This document shows, piece after piece, positions 40,301-53,456 of a DNA stretch of 64,000 nucleotides (positions are counted from its first letter, which is position 1; every line of letters starts with the position of its first letter). Made by a program: the position numbers and the translations under genes. The notes under the pieces are model-generated. The model did no database searches and was not told where the DNA came from. It saw only the letters and a program-made list of their open reading frames with translations. The stretch comes from Azolla caroliniana (Eukaryota; Plantae; Polypodiophyta), in NCBI GenBank assembly GCA_043228905.1, contig JBHGNT010000011.1, positions 5,704,001 to 5,768,000 of the forward strand, in the 5' to 3' direction.

Positions 40301-42441
40301 AAGAAGGCCCCGCTCTCCACACACGGTCAGCTTCACGGGTAGCTGAACCTTACACTACCGACTCGGACAACTCCGACTCGGCACAGCAGAACAATCCGCT
40401 TTCGGACCATCCGACCACGATACCCGATGCGACCAGTCCAATCATACCTCGACGATCCGAGAGACTGTCGCAACCTCCGGAGAGGTACTCTCCTGGAGTT
40501 TTCTTCACCGACGCCGGCGAACCGACGTCTTACGAAGAAGCATCGACATCTGTCGATTCCGCCACCTGGCATCTGGCGATGGAGTCAGAAATGCACTCCA
40601 TTCGGGCAAACAAGACTTGGGATCTGGTCGAATTACCCAGGAACCGACGTGCTCTTCCTTGCAAGTGGGTTTATCGACTAAAAGAGACGTCTGATTCGAC
40701 CACCCCAAAGTACAAGGCCAGATTAGTTGCGAAGGGCTTCCGACAAGAATATGGCATCGACTTCGACGAGATTTTCTCACCAGTGGTGAAAATGACAACC
40801 CTTCGTTTTCTGCTCGGCGTAGTGGCAGCCGACAACTTGGAGCTGATTCAGCTAGATGTCAAAACAGCCTTCCTCCATGGTGATCTCGAGGAGGAAATTT
40901 ATATGGAGCAGCCAAAAGGCTTCGTGGCACCTGGCCAAGAACATCTAGTCTGCCGACTCAGGAAGAGTCTATACGGCCTCAAACAGGCACCGCGACAATG
41001 GTACAAGAAGTTCGACGACTTCATCCAATCGATCGGCTTCTCAAAAAGCGATGAGGACCATTGTCTCTTTACCAACACAGCTCAAGATGGATCACCCATC
41101 TTCCTCATCATTTACGTGGACGACATGCTAATTTCTGGACGCCACGCGGGCGAACTTGCCGATCTCGTTCGGCAACTGCGGTTGAAGTTTGCCATGAAGG
41201 ACCTCGGTCCGGCACGACACATACTCGGCATGAAGATTAGTCGCCATCGCGATAAACGACATCTTTTTTTGTCTCAGACCGACTACATCGGACGTGTCTT
41301 GGAACGCTTCAACATGCAATCAGCCAAATCTGCTTCAACCCCGCTCCCCATGAATCTTCGGCTCTCTCAGCGAGACTGCCCGACATCCGGTCCGGAGGGG
41401 GAAGATATGAAGTCGGTACCGTATGCACCGGCAGTCGGCTCCCTTATGTACCTGATGGTCGCGACACGGCCTGATATTTCTCATGCCGTAGGAGTCGTTA
41501 GCAGATTTATGCACAATCCTGGCCGATCGCATTGGAACGCAGTCAAGCATGTGTTCAGATATCTGGCTGGCACAAAAGACCATGGCATTCTTTTCGGTCC
41601 GAACCGAACCTCAGGCGTAGTCGGTTACACCGACTCGGATTTCGCCGGCTGTATAGACAGTCGGAAATAAACAACCGGATACTGCTTCAAATTCGGCAAT
41701 GGAGCAATCTCGTGGAAGTCGAAACTTCAGGAGTGCACAGCGACCTCAACGACCGAAGCAGAATATGTAGCTGCGTCCGACGCAGCAAAAGAAGCTTTGT
41801 GGCTCGGTCGGCTGGCGCACACATTTCAACAAGTCGACCATGACTCGGCTCCAGTTGTCTACAGCGACAGTCAAGGTGCTGTTGCTCTGTCGAAAAATCC
41901 GGTTCATCATAACGCCTCCAAACATATCGACGTTCGATATCACTTCGTTCGGGACTGCGTCATTTCAGGGAAAATCGGTCTAGAGAAAATATCCACAACC
42001 GACAATGTCGCAGATGGAATGACCAAGTGTCTTTCGGCAGACCGTTTTCGGTCTCTTCGGCATCAGATGGGCGTAACGACAAACCAGTCCGGTTAGAGCC
42101 GGACACAGAGCAGGATGGTTCCCGACAACCAACATCAGTTCCTTAATGATCGGCTTCAACTGTTCCGACCCGACCAGTTCGGTCTTCTGCCTTCGGACCC
42201 TGCCGACCCGAACAAAGCTGATATGTCCGAGAACCCAAGTCTATACCTGTATACGCCCATTACGGGGGAGTGTCGAATACATGTGTATAATGGACGTATT
42301 CACACTATTCCGTTTTGGCCATTTATGTAATTAGCATAAAGGGTAGTTGCCCTAAGACAGTCACTATATATAGTGACCTTGTAACCTCTTTGTGAGGTTG
42401 GTTGTTGTATTATTTGCCTTATGAAAGAAAGTTTCTTTGTG

Positions 42442-42478
<37 letters not shown>

Positions 42479-42563
42479 AACGACATAGAAACTGTCATAC
42501 ACAGGGAATAAACAGGAATCGAGTGCTTCTTGATCTTCCGCACTGACGACATTGCTCCCAACA
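37096..42563 (+). mobile_element. Element D: very young Ty1/copia inserted at the end of C pol
   Basis: 293-bp LTRs at 37096-37388 and 42271-42563 that appear identical, TSD ACCCC, PBS TGGTATCAGAGC at 37391, PPT GGGGGAG. Confidence 0.97.
38083..42096 (+). CDS. D Gag-Pol polyprotein, intact except for one in-frame TAA at 41668
   Basis: 1196-aa ORF (Gag, CNYCKKPGHIKADC, LLDSGAS, HSDVCGP, YVDD, YTDSD); the same frame continues through RNase H (KHIDVRYHF) to 42096. Confidence 0.93.
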
Positions 42564-44133
42564 ACCCCATGCCGGAGTGAAGGGGGAGTTGTTGGGAGAC
42601 AGGTCCCTCCGGATGGTGCAGACCCGGTATGAACCGGATGAGGAGTACCCGGCTACGGAGAGCCGGATGATACAGGCCCGGTATGAACCGGATGAGGAGT
42701 ACCCGGCTACGGAGAGCCGGATGATACAGGCCCGGTATGAACCGGATGAGGAGTACCCGGCTATGGAGAGCCGGATGGTGCAGGCCCGGTATGAACCAGA
42801 TGAGGAGTACCCGGCTATGGAGAGACAGATGGTGCAGGCCCGGTATGAACCGGATGAAGAGACATATTCGTAAATATGTTTCTGAGAGCCCATCGAGGCT
42901 ACATTTGTAAATAGCCGAAAAGTCATATTAGTATAAATATGACTTAGGGAAAACTAATATTATGTAGGTCGTTGTCATTCTTCCTTGTTGGTGCAAGAAG
43001 AAGAGAGAGCGCGTAACTGTACAGAGAGAGAGAGAGAGAACGAGGTCGTTGCCTCTGTTGTAACCGCCGCCTGTGGCGAAGATCGTGAGCCCGAGGTCGT
43101 TGCCTCCGTGTACTCACTGTTTTGTACATTCATACATAGTGACAGTTTGCAGCCTGTGGGCTGCCGTGGTTTTTTCCCTTAGTTTGGGGTTTTCCACGTT
43201 AACCTCCTGTGTACCATTTCTCTTCTTTGTGTCGTGTTCTATTTCCCTTGTTTCTGTGTATGAGAAGAAGCTCGGTTGTGGCCGAGCGTTGCGCATAAGG
43301 AACGTTGTGTTCCCGTCAGTTGTCTAATTGAGTTGACCAGCAACATGGATTGTAAGTCGAAGAAGGACGGTGGCTTCTCTCAAGGGAAAATTGCCGTCCG
43401 GATTGGCCTGTACCGTTGTGCTAGACCACCAAGACAGATCTGGACCATTCTTCTTCTTCCACCGTTATGTTGATGGATCTGAGTGCATCACAAATCTCCT
43501 TAATCTTGGTGGTGTAGCCCGTAACCGATATATCTCTTTGCCAGATGTTGTTCAGCTCTTACTGGAGCTGCAACTTACGAGCTTTGGTACTTGTGGCGAA
43601 AATCTTCCGTAGATTTTCTTAGGCCTCCTTTCGCGTTTTTGCATCCTTGATGTAGTCGAGCATTTGATCGTGCACACCAAATGCAAGGCAATACATTACT
43701 TGGGTCACTCCTTCCTCCCATGCCGGGAAGTCTTTGTGTGCCGGCTCCGGTGCTACCTCGTTGGTTCCTTCCACATAGCTCCAATATCCATGCCCCATCA
43801 AGTACTGGTGCATTTTATATGACTAGGATGCATAGTTGCTCTGGTCGAGCTTTTATGTGGGAAGCAAACATTGCATACCTTTGTCCATTTCGGTTCTCTA
43901 CTGTTCTTCACCAGGGGTTAGGGTTTGTCTTCGAAAGCGTTTCTCGGCTCCAAAGGAGTCTCAACCCTCGCGCTCTGATACCATGTAAAAGTTAGCGTGT
44001 GGAAGCTTGACAAAACCAGTTTAACCGGGCATCAACAGAGAATAGAAAACACAGGTTCAATGGAAGCTTGAGAATATTTAGCATACACGGGAGAGATAGA
44101 GAGAGCGCAGAACATAAAACTCTATTCTAAAAT

Positions 44134-47100
44134 TGTAGAAAGTAGCGTGCGGAAGCAGGTATGAAGATAGAACAGAGGAAGGAAACACAGGTTTAATGGA
44201 GAGCTTGGACTTACACGGTATACGCGGGAGAGACAGAGAGAAACACAAAAAACTATATTTCACAATAATACTCAATCTCTGTGTGTACATAAGACGTCCT
44301 CAGTGAGCACTTTTATACAAGTCCTAGAAGGACTGACCGAAGTACTGACAGTACTTCAATGCTCATTAAGAGCTCCTACACTAACTCCCAAATATATCCC
44401 TCACGGAATATCTTTCCTAACGACCTCCCGGTTTCCGCACTCGGCCTAACCGATCGGTCCCAGCCGATCCGGTCCTCGGCTTCTTCAGCCGATCTGGCCG
44501 ATGTTGAGCTTGTCTCTCAACACTCCCTCTCAAGCTCAACTTGAGGCTCTTCGGGATCTTCACAGCACCGGTTCCTCCTGGCTTCTCGCCTCGCTCGCGC
44601 TCCTCGACCTGTTCGACTCCGCGCGCTTCGACCCTTCTGGTCGGCTTGTCTGCTCATGCGGCCCTCATCAGCTCTTCTGTTGTTGCGGTGTTGACGCTTC
44701 TTCTGCTGCCTTTTCTTCCGCTTGGGCCTCGGTTGATTCAGCCCGTCTGAATCAAACATCCGAACCAACTCGGCTACCTCCGATCGGTTTTTGCTCTCGT
44801 CCGAGTTGGCTGTCTCCAACTCGTCTTCGGTTTTCTCGCCCTTGATGGCGTCATCTCCTCTATCCGTGGTTGGCTTCGGCTCTTTCCTTCGGCTGCTCCC
44901 CTTCTGTCTGCTTTCGGACTTTTCCGTGGGTCCGCCCTCGGCTTCTTCAGCCGATCCGTCTTCAACCGAGTCAACAAATGAGTCAACCGACTCGGTGTCA
45001 TGGTCACCGCTCCTTTCCTACTGCCTTGCTTGGTCGTTCGCGACTATTCTCCCCCTCAAGTTCGGCACATCAAGGTGACGCAACCCGAGCGCACCCGAGA
45101 ATTGCCGCAACTTGTCCAGACCAAGAGGCTTGGTGAAGATGTCGGCAACCTACCGATCCGTCGGAACGTACTGAAGTTCGACTTCACCGGAAAGGACACG
45201 CTCACGGACGAAGTGGTAGTGCACCTCAATGTGCTTGGTCCGTGCGTGGAAAACAGGGTTTTTCGCGAGTTGGATGCTGCTGAGGTTGTCGCAGTAGATC
45301 GTTGTCGGATCTGACACCTCCTCTTGCAGGTCCTTAAGTAGCCGCTTCAACCATATGGCTTCGCATGTCGCGACAGCCGCTCCTCGGTACTCAGCTTCGG
45401 TGCTCGACAGGGCAACTGTCGGCTGCTTCTTACTGCTCCACGCGATCACGGCACTCCCGAGGGAGAAAGCGTATCCGGACGTGGATCGGCGATCGGCGGC
45501 GTTGCCAGCCCAATCAGCATCGGTGTAGCCGACTAACTGCGCGGCTGCACCGGTCTGATATAGCAGTCCCCGGTCCTTAGTGCCGTTGAAATACCGAAGT
45601 ATGTGTTGCGCACACTGAAGGTGCTCCTCGGTAGGTCGCGCCATGAACTGACTGATCACTCTGACCGGATAACTGAGGTCGGGTCGGGTGATGGTCAAGT
45701 ATATGAGGCTTCCGACAATTTGTCGGAACCTCGTTGGGTCGCATACCTTTCCCGTATCGGGACGAAGCTTGATGGTTCTGTCCAGAGGAGTCGATACGGA
45801 CTTACAGTCGGCCATCCCGAGTTTGAAGAGCATACCCAGCACGTAATGACGTTGGCTGATCAATATGCCTTCGGGGGTACGGATCACTTCGATCCCGAGG
45901 AAGTAATGAAGGTCCCCCAGATCCTTCATGTCGAACGATGCCGCAAGCTGGAGCTTCACGCGGTCGATTTCACCTAGGTCGGCACCGGTGATGACCAAGT
46001 CATCAACATACAGTAAAATACTAACCGGTCCGAGTCGACCTTTCCGGATGAACAGGGAAGAGTCCGATTTTGACGTGACGAAGCCCAACCGACGCAGTTG
46101 TTGCGTGATCTTCGCGTTCCAGGCACGCGGGGCTTGCTTCAGTCCGTAAAGGGACTTCTTCAGTCGGCATATTGCCGAGGAGTTCGTTCCAGAGTGAAAT
46201 CCGAGGGGTTGTACTATGTACACCTGTTCCTCAAGGTCACCTTGCAGGAACGCATTCTTTACATCCATCTGATGTAGGTGCCACCCCTTGGCCGCGGCTA
46301 CTACGAGCAAAACAGGGACGGTCGTCATTTTCGCGACCGGCACAAACGTCTCATCGTAGTCGATGCCGTGTTTCTACACGTAGCCCTTTGCCACTAGCCG
46401 AGCCTTGTACCAGTTGACCGAGCCATCGGTGTTGTACTTGACCTTGTACACCCACCTACACCCGATCGGTTTTACCCCTTTTGGTGCGTCAACCAGGTCC
46501 CAGGTCTCGTTCTCCGCCAATGCGTGCATCTCTTCCTCCATTGCGGCACGCCAATTCGCGTCTTTAGCCGCTTCTGCGTAGCTCTCCGGCTCACGCACTT
46601 CCGCTACACGGGTCATGTACGCATAATGATACGCCATGTACTCGTTGTATCCGAACCGCAAAACAGGGTTCTTCTGGCGGGTAGATCGGCGTAATCTCAC
46701 ATCAGCCGATGTCGAGGCCTTCTCGGTCGACGCGGTCTTCACCTTTAAAAACCCGTCACCGGTTCCCTCGGAGTCGGACTCGCGTCGGTCTGACTCGTTC
46801 CTTTCCGTGTCGGAATCCGACACCTTTTTCTTCCCTTTCTCTTTCCGCGTAAGCCGTCTCCTCGGCTTCCTGCGCGGGGAATGCATGGCCGAGTCTCCAC
46901 TACTCGCCGGCTCTTCATCGGACTGGTCGTACCGACTCAGTTGTCCAATCGGTCCACTTAACCGGAGTGAAATCGGAATCTCTTCGCGGGTCTCGATTTC
47001 GGGCTCATCCGGAGGCATCTCGGCCTCGCTGACCTCATCGTCAGAGCTCGGATTGGAGTCGAGGTTCGTAGTCGGGTGCAGGTACCAGGACGTGGACTCG

Positions 47101-49972
47101 TCAAACACAACGTCGCGGCTGACACGCGCTTGTTTGGTGCGAGGGTTATAGCACTTATAACCCTTCTGCTTCTCCGAGTAACTGACCAAGATGCACTTCT
47201 CGGCCTTGCGTCCAGCTTCCTCCTTTTCTCCTTCGGTACATGCACATACGCAATGCTACCGAACACCCTCAAGTGTCGCAAGTTCGGCTTCGTTCCGAAA
47301 TATAGCTCGTGCGCCGACACTTTGTCTCCGATCCGGTTCTAGATGTATACCGCGGTCCTTACCGCCTCGGCCTAGTAGAACTTGGGCAAGCTCTTCTCCT
47401 CCAGCATTGCCCGTGCCGCTTCCACAATCGACCGACTCTTCCTCTCGGCCACGCCGTTCTGCTCTGGCGTGTATCTACAATTGAATTCGCGCCTAATTCC
47501 CATTTGTTGTAGATAACCGTTGAATTGACCGGAAAAGTACTCTTTCCCGCCATCCGACCGCAGACACTTGATCTTCCATCCCGTTTCGGATTCCACGAAC
47601 CCTTTGAGGTCCCGGAAACAGTCGAAGACTTCGCTCTTCCTCTTAATGAGGTAGATCCACGTGTGCCGCGTGTGGTCGTCGATGAAGGAGACGAAATATC
47701 GGCTCCCGCCAAGACTAATGTTTTGTGTCGGCCCCCATACATCGGAGTGTATAAGGTCGAGCTTGTTCCGGCTCCGGTTTCGCTCGTTGGGGAAGGGAAG
47801 TCGGTGTTGCTTCCTGAGCTGGCAGGCTTCACAAATTTGTGCCTTTCGGCCACTAAATTTGGGCAAACCGAACACTACCTGTTTCGTTTGCAGATCTTGA
47901 AGCCGCTGGTAGTTGACGTGGCCTATCCGCTTGTGCCACAAGTCGATGTCCGACTTAGTCTTTTGTCCCTTCGCGAACATTGCGGTGCCGCCGTCAATGG
48001 AGTCGAGGATGAACAACCTCCCGTCTCTGCGCCCTTGCGCAATCACACGGCCTTCTTCCTCAATGAAGCACCCGTGGTGTGTAAACCAAACCTCCATCCC
48101 TTGGTCGACGATCTGTCCGACCGAGACCAAGTTCTTCGTGATTGTCGGAACGTGCAGCACGTTCTTGAGTTTCCCTTTCTGCCCGACATGGCTAAGGGGA
48201 ACTTCTCCGACATTCGCGATCGGATGCGGAGTGTCGTCTCCTATTGCGACTACTCCAGGTTGTATCGGTTTTTCAAGGTACGAGAACCACTCCTTATGGC
48301 TCGTCATGTGGTTTGACGCGCCGGAGTCTACGTACCACACCTCGTCCGATCTTGGGGTGCTCTGTTTCATTGAGTTTGCTTCGTGTCTCGTCACGAAGAT
48401 AGACCCTTCTCCGGCTCTACCGAAGTCTTCAGCGTAGTGCGATCGCTGCCGATTTCCCTTGTGGGTATGTCTGGAGCCGTTCCCGGAACCAGTTCTCTCG
48501 GAATCGGCGCGCTTCTTCCAGCACTCACTTTCCCTGTTGCCTTTCTTGCCACAGTACCAGCACTCCGCGATGGCCTTCCCTTGTCGGTTCTCATCGCTTC
48601 GACTCCCCCTGTTTCCGGAGGGTCCGGAGTTGCTGTCGGCATCACTTCGGTGCCTTCTTTCTTGAATCGGCGCGCTTCTTCCAGCACTCACTTTCCCTGT
48701 TGCCTTTCTTGCCACAGTACCAGCACTCCGCGATGGCCTTCCCTTGTCGGTTCTCATCGCTTCGACTCCCCCTGTTTCCGGAGGGTCCGGAGTTGCTGTC
48801 GGCATCACTTCGGTGACTTCTTTCTTGATCTCGTCGGTCGCCTCCATTGCGTGCCGACTCGCCTCATCCTCCACGTCCACGGGGCCTATCTCCCTCCGTG
48901 TACAACATTCCGTTGTCGGTGTGCGTGCTTGTAGACGCACCCGCGTGGTTCTCCTCTACCAGGAGCATCGACTGTAAGTCGAAAAAGGATGGTGTATTCT
49001 CCCGGGTACACACAGCCGTTCGGAACGCTCCGAACTTCGACGCCAAACCTCCGAGACAGATCTGGACCATCTCGCTCTCCTCGATGTTCACCTCTATGGA
49101 GGCGAGGGAGTCGCAGATATCCTTGATCTTTGAGGTATAGTCCGCCACCGACAAGTCGCGTTGTCGTAGGTTGCTCAACTCTTGTCGGAGCTGAAGCTTC
49201 CTGGCTATGGTGCTCGCGGCGAAAATCTTCTTCAAATTTTCCCACGCACCCTTCGGCGTCTTTGCATCCCGAACATAGCTCAATAGTTGTTCGCCCACAC
49301 ACGACGCGAAGCAGTATAATACCCTGCTCGCCGATTGCTCCCATGACGGGAAGTCTCTGTGTGTCGATTCGGGTGCCATGTCATTAGCTCCTTCGACATA
49401 ACTCCAATAGCCGTGCCCGAGCAAGTACTGGTGCATCTTGTAGGACCAAGATGCATAGTTGGTTCTGTCGAGCTTCTCTGTTGGAAGCAAGCTTACCATG
49501 CCTCTATCCATCGTTCTTCTTGTTCTTCTTCGTCAAGCTGTGTCGGCTACAGAGAGGTTCTCAACCCTCGCGCTCTGATACCATGTAGAAAGTAGCGTGC
49601 GGAAGCAGGTATGAAGACAGAATAGAGGAAGGAAACACAGGTTTAATGGAGAGCTTGGACTTACACGGTATACGCGGGAGAGACAGAGAGAAACACAAAA
49701 AACTATATTTCACAATAATACTCTATCTCTGTGTGTACATAAGACGTGCTCAATGAGCACTTTTATACAAGTCCTAGAAGGACTGACCGAAGTACTGACA
49801 GTACTTCAATGCTCATTAAGAGCTCCTACACTAACTCCCAAATATATTCCTCACGGAATATCTTTCCTAACGACCTCCCGATTTACGCACTCGGCCTAAC
49901 CGATCGGTCCCAACCGATCCGGTCCTCGGCTTCTTCAGCCGATCCGGCCGATGTTGAGCTTGTCTCTCAACA
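44134..49972 (-). mobile_element. Element E: Ty1/copia with non-matching flanks
   Basis: 389-bp LTRs at 44134-44522 and 49584-49972 (about 10 differences), PBS at 49572-49583, PPT at 44523; gag-pol 49511 to ~45000 with several stops and frameshifts; flanks AAAAT vs ATGGG. Confidence 0.95.
48501..48826 (-). repeat. 163-bp tandem duplication of the Gag zinc-knuckle region in E
   Basis: GAATCGGCGCGCTTCTTCCAGCAC... begins at both 48501 and 48664; copies nearly identical. Confidence 0.95.
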
Positions 49973-50240
49973 ATGGGTGCTTCAACAACAAAATTCATTT
50001 ACGAAAACTTATGGTGTTGTTTCGTCTGCCCGATTGAGCTCGTCAACGACCAAGGGGGACATTTCCTCAACAAAATTATTTGGGAACTCACGACACACTA
50101 TGTGGTGGTCCATAAGAAAAGCACACTACATTATCCGCAAGCCAATGGCCTGGCCGAGTCCACAAATAAAACGTTGCAGACCATCCTAAAGAAAATTGTA
50201 AACGAAAATCGCATCAACTGGGATGATAAGCTGCATAGCG
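49973..50240 (+). pseudogene. G integrase core fragment
   Basis: FIYENLW..PIELVNDQGGHF..HYPQANGLAESTNKTL..WDDKL, truncated on both sides. Confidence 0.88.
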
Positions 50241-50479
50241 TCGTGAACCCGAATGCCAACCGAAAAGGTGTGGACATCTTAAATCCATATATTGGCCATA
50301 CACCACCTAATCCATTAATATGCCACCCAAGATAAGCTGAAATGGAGGTTCACTGGGGCACATCGCCCAAATTACGGTAACTACCCCACCTACTCGAAAA
50401 AAGGAACCCACTAACTTAAGTATTTAAGAAGCATGCACACAACGCAAGAAAAGTAAGTACAAACCATTTCCTGACGCAT

Positions 50480-51854
50480 TGTCGTAGTGTGAATCACACA
50501 CTACGTGAAATATGTAAAATACAATATCCGATTTAAAGTACGTATAATAAATAAAATAAAATATTAATAAAATATTTATTACATGCATAGGGCAAGATTT
50601 GAACCCTATACCTCCACATAAAAAACCCCAACTTTACAAGACATCTTGCATGTCAAAGAATGTATAAAGGAATCATTTACAACTCATATCTTACAAGACA
50701 TCTTGCATGTCAAAGGAAAACAATGTGTAGATGAAACAACATAAAAAAAACAACTCCAAAACACCACATAATGTACTTCCATTAGTTAAGAATGTATAAA
50801 GGAATCATTTACAACTCATATCTTACAAGACATCTTGCATGTCAAAGGAAAACAATGTGTAGATGAAACAACATAAAAAAAACAACTCCAAAACACCACA
50901 TCATTCTATGTGTATAGCATTACTCGAACACATATTCTCCACGTGAGCCTCATACAAAACAAAATTCAGCATAGATGTCCTCCATTTGCTCCTCATGGCA
51001 ACACCCATCTAGATGTTAGGAACACTTGGAGGGAACAGCCACCGCGGTGGTTGATAATTCCACTTCACTTTACCATCCATTATCTGCAGCATCGGCGAAC
51101 CACTCCATTTCCGAAGGAATCGAGCTCTAGCTTCTTCACTTGCATCAGATGGCCCTTGAAGACTTTCAAACTCACCTCGCAACGTAGAAATAAGATTAAA
51201 CCATTGTACTAACTTATCCTTAGTGTTCTAAATATAGATTTAATACCTATAACACCTTTATTTACGCCTACCTTTATTAAAAAGGTAAGTCATGCATTTT
51301 TAGAGTGCGTGAATACTTTATTTATAAGAAAAATGTAAACCAATAAAATATTACTCGTGCACATCTAGCGAGCATGAGCACTATATTTAGGAAATAAAAG
51401 CATAGTGTAAAAAGCAACTCATGCACATTTAGTGTGCATGAACACTTTAGAATAAGCATAGAGTCTATCTATAGAAAAAGCATGGATTGTTAAGACTCTC
51501 TCATCACTATATAAGGATGAGGGAGCACAATGTAATAGGTGTGTGAAATATTTGGAAATTGGATATATTTCTAAAAGACACCAATTAATATATGTGTGGG
51601 ATTCACGAAATAATCTATACTTGTGGGATTCACAAGTTCTTTTTAATCTCTTTCTTTCAATCTAAATACATATTCTTATCTAAATATTGATTAATCGAAT
51701 ACAATACACTCATGGGATTCACGAGATTTCTATCTCTCTTTCTAATAATCTATCCATAACTATAAACTTGTCTCAAATTCTTCCTCTTACTAGTCCAAAA
51801 CCCCAACGGTTCCCACCCGACTCACACAACGATCTGGTGCCGAAAGGCACGACA
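50480..51854. mobile_element. Solo-LTR-like insert (1375 bp) with an internal 132-bp-period duplication (50656-50901)
   Basis: TGTCGT..ACGACA ends; apparent 4-bp TSD GCAT/GCGT; left end resembles the reverse complement of the right end of insert 17936-19036. Confidence 0.7.
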
Positions 51855-53456
51855 GCGTGGCCTTAAAACGTCATTATGGCAGGAGAGATTCTGAATCTAG
51901 GGCACAAGGCCACTTCTCGAGAACCAAGGCCCATACATAAATCAGGGCACCACAGGTGCAACACTCACATAGGAACACACGCCCATAACCCTCAAACTAT
52001 CTCACCTTCTGCGTAGAAGCTCTCTTGCTCTCTCGCGCCCTACACCGAAGTTGCCTCGCTCTCTCGCTCCCAACATAGAAACCATCACTCTCTTCCTTAC
52101 TCAACACCAACCAAGCCAAACATGTTGCTCGAAGTTTCCATGCAGCTCTGCAGTTGGCTGAACAGGCATAGCCTGGGCGGTTATCTAAAGGTTGTCGATG
52201 CACCTCCCCACCCCGACGCGCAAGAAATCGGACGTTGGGTGCATCCCAACACCATCACCAAAAACTAGATCCGGTCAACGCTGGGTCTAAAGCACGATGG
52301 ACAACATGACATCGAGGCTCTGCCTCGAAACGTCGTCGAGGCTCATTTCAAGGAGTACTCGGTTTTCGTGAAGGAATATCACACGCAAGGAGGGCCTAAC
52401 GAGTTCTTTGGAGATTTGTCCTGCTTTCTCTTGGAGTCCGGCTACATGCATGCTAACGTGTATAGCATGCAAAAAAAGAAGGCAGGTACCATCATCACCG
52501 CTCTTACAAGGGTGGTGTAATCAAATGGGGGATCCTCGCCGGGGAAGGAGTCTGCGCTGGTCTATCGGCTTTCTAGACAGGGAAAAGGTTCTTGCCTACT
52601 CTAGCACATTACCTATCTATGCTCTAGCCTCCCCATTCCGCACCCGCTCCCCATCCAACCCTCACCCTCCCCGCCCCACCCACTCAGACAACGCAGCAAC
52701 AGGCTTTACACCTTGCCTAGGACAAATGGCAGGATGATGTGCATGCACAAACTCTGGCCTCGCCACTGCCGACCCAAGCCACCAAGGCCCAGGAACCAGT
52801 GGACGATATCACCATCCGGGGGCATGAAAAGCCCAAGACATATGCCCCAGTGGAGAAGCCGAAGCCTAAATAAACAAGCCGACAACAAGACCTTTGGGAG
52901 GAGACCTAGACAACCTTGGTCGAAAACAAGCAACCACCCTTGGTTAATTGTCCTAAACGGCTCGGAGAGGAGTTGAAGGATGCAAAGAAGGCGTCCCCAC
53001 AACTGAGCCCCGCAAAGAAACTTCGTTGCTTGCATAGACACAGCGAGGAACAAGCCAAGGGGGACTCCTTCGCTGCAAATCTACAATTGGTTGTCATCCC
53101 TGAGAAGACTGAAACTGTCATCCAGGACAAGGCTCTATCCTTAACAGGGAATATAGAGCAAGGTCAAGCTTCCTGCATCTCGGAGGAAGTATGACCTTCA
53201 AGGACCTGCCCGTCGAAGCATATGAGCTCAGTGTGATTTTACGGCACGACGCGGCATACGAGTTGATAGACTTTCTCGCTCGTCTCTAGGTTGCCACCGC
53301 AACACGCATGGCCGCGGAACATGCCGAGAAACAGATGGTCCAACGAGCTGTCGCAAGAGAAGCCGAGTCAGATGACAAGTAGGCGCTACAAAAAATCGGC
53401 CGGAAATGGCAAACCAAGAGTCGTCGCCTCCTCATCAAGCTACCCGAACTTAACAC

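Larger units (their letters stand above)
32355..43318 (+). mobile_element. Element C: Ty1/copia (Tnt1/Tork-like) inserted in A gag; hosts D
   Basis: LTRs 32355-33031 and 42590-43318, TSD GTTGT, PBS TGGTATCAGAGC at 33034, PPT GAAGGGGGAG; gag-pol 33062 to ~37095 with stops at 34484, 35225 and 36158 plus frameshifts. Confidence 0.96.
22519..44133 (-). mobile_element. Element A: Ty1/copia, inserted in G RNase H; hosts B and C(+D); 5' LTR cut by E
   Basis: 3' LTR 22519-22934 then PPT (CTCCCCCTCAAG on +). PBS GCTCTGATACCA at 43972-43983, then partial 5' LTR 43984-44133. Degenerate gag (43850-43319 and 32354-32000), PR, INT, RT and RH on the minus strand. Confidence 0.92.

Noticed and set aside
50240-50479. 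Separate LTR starting at GTCGTG where G integrase breaks off
   Set aside because: No TG start, partner end or TSD found; treated as a deletion junction within G.
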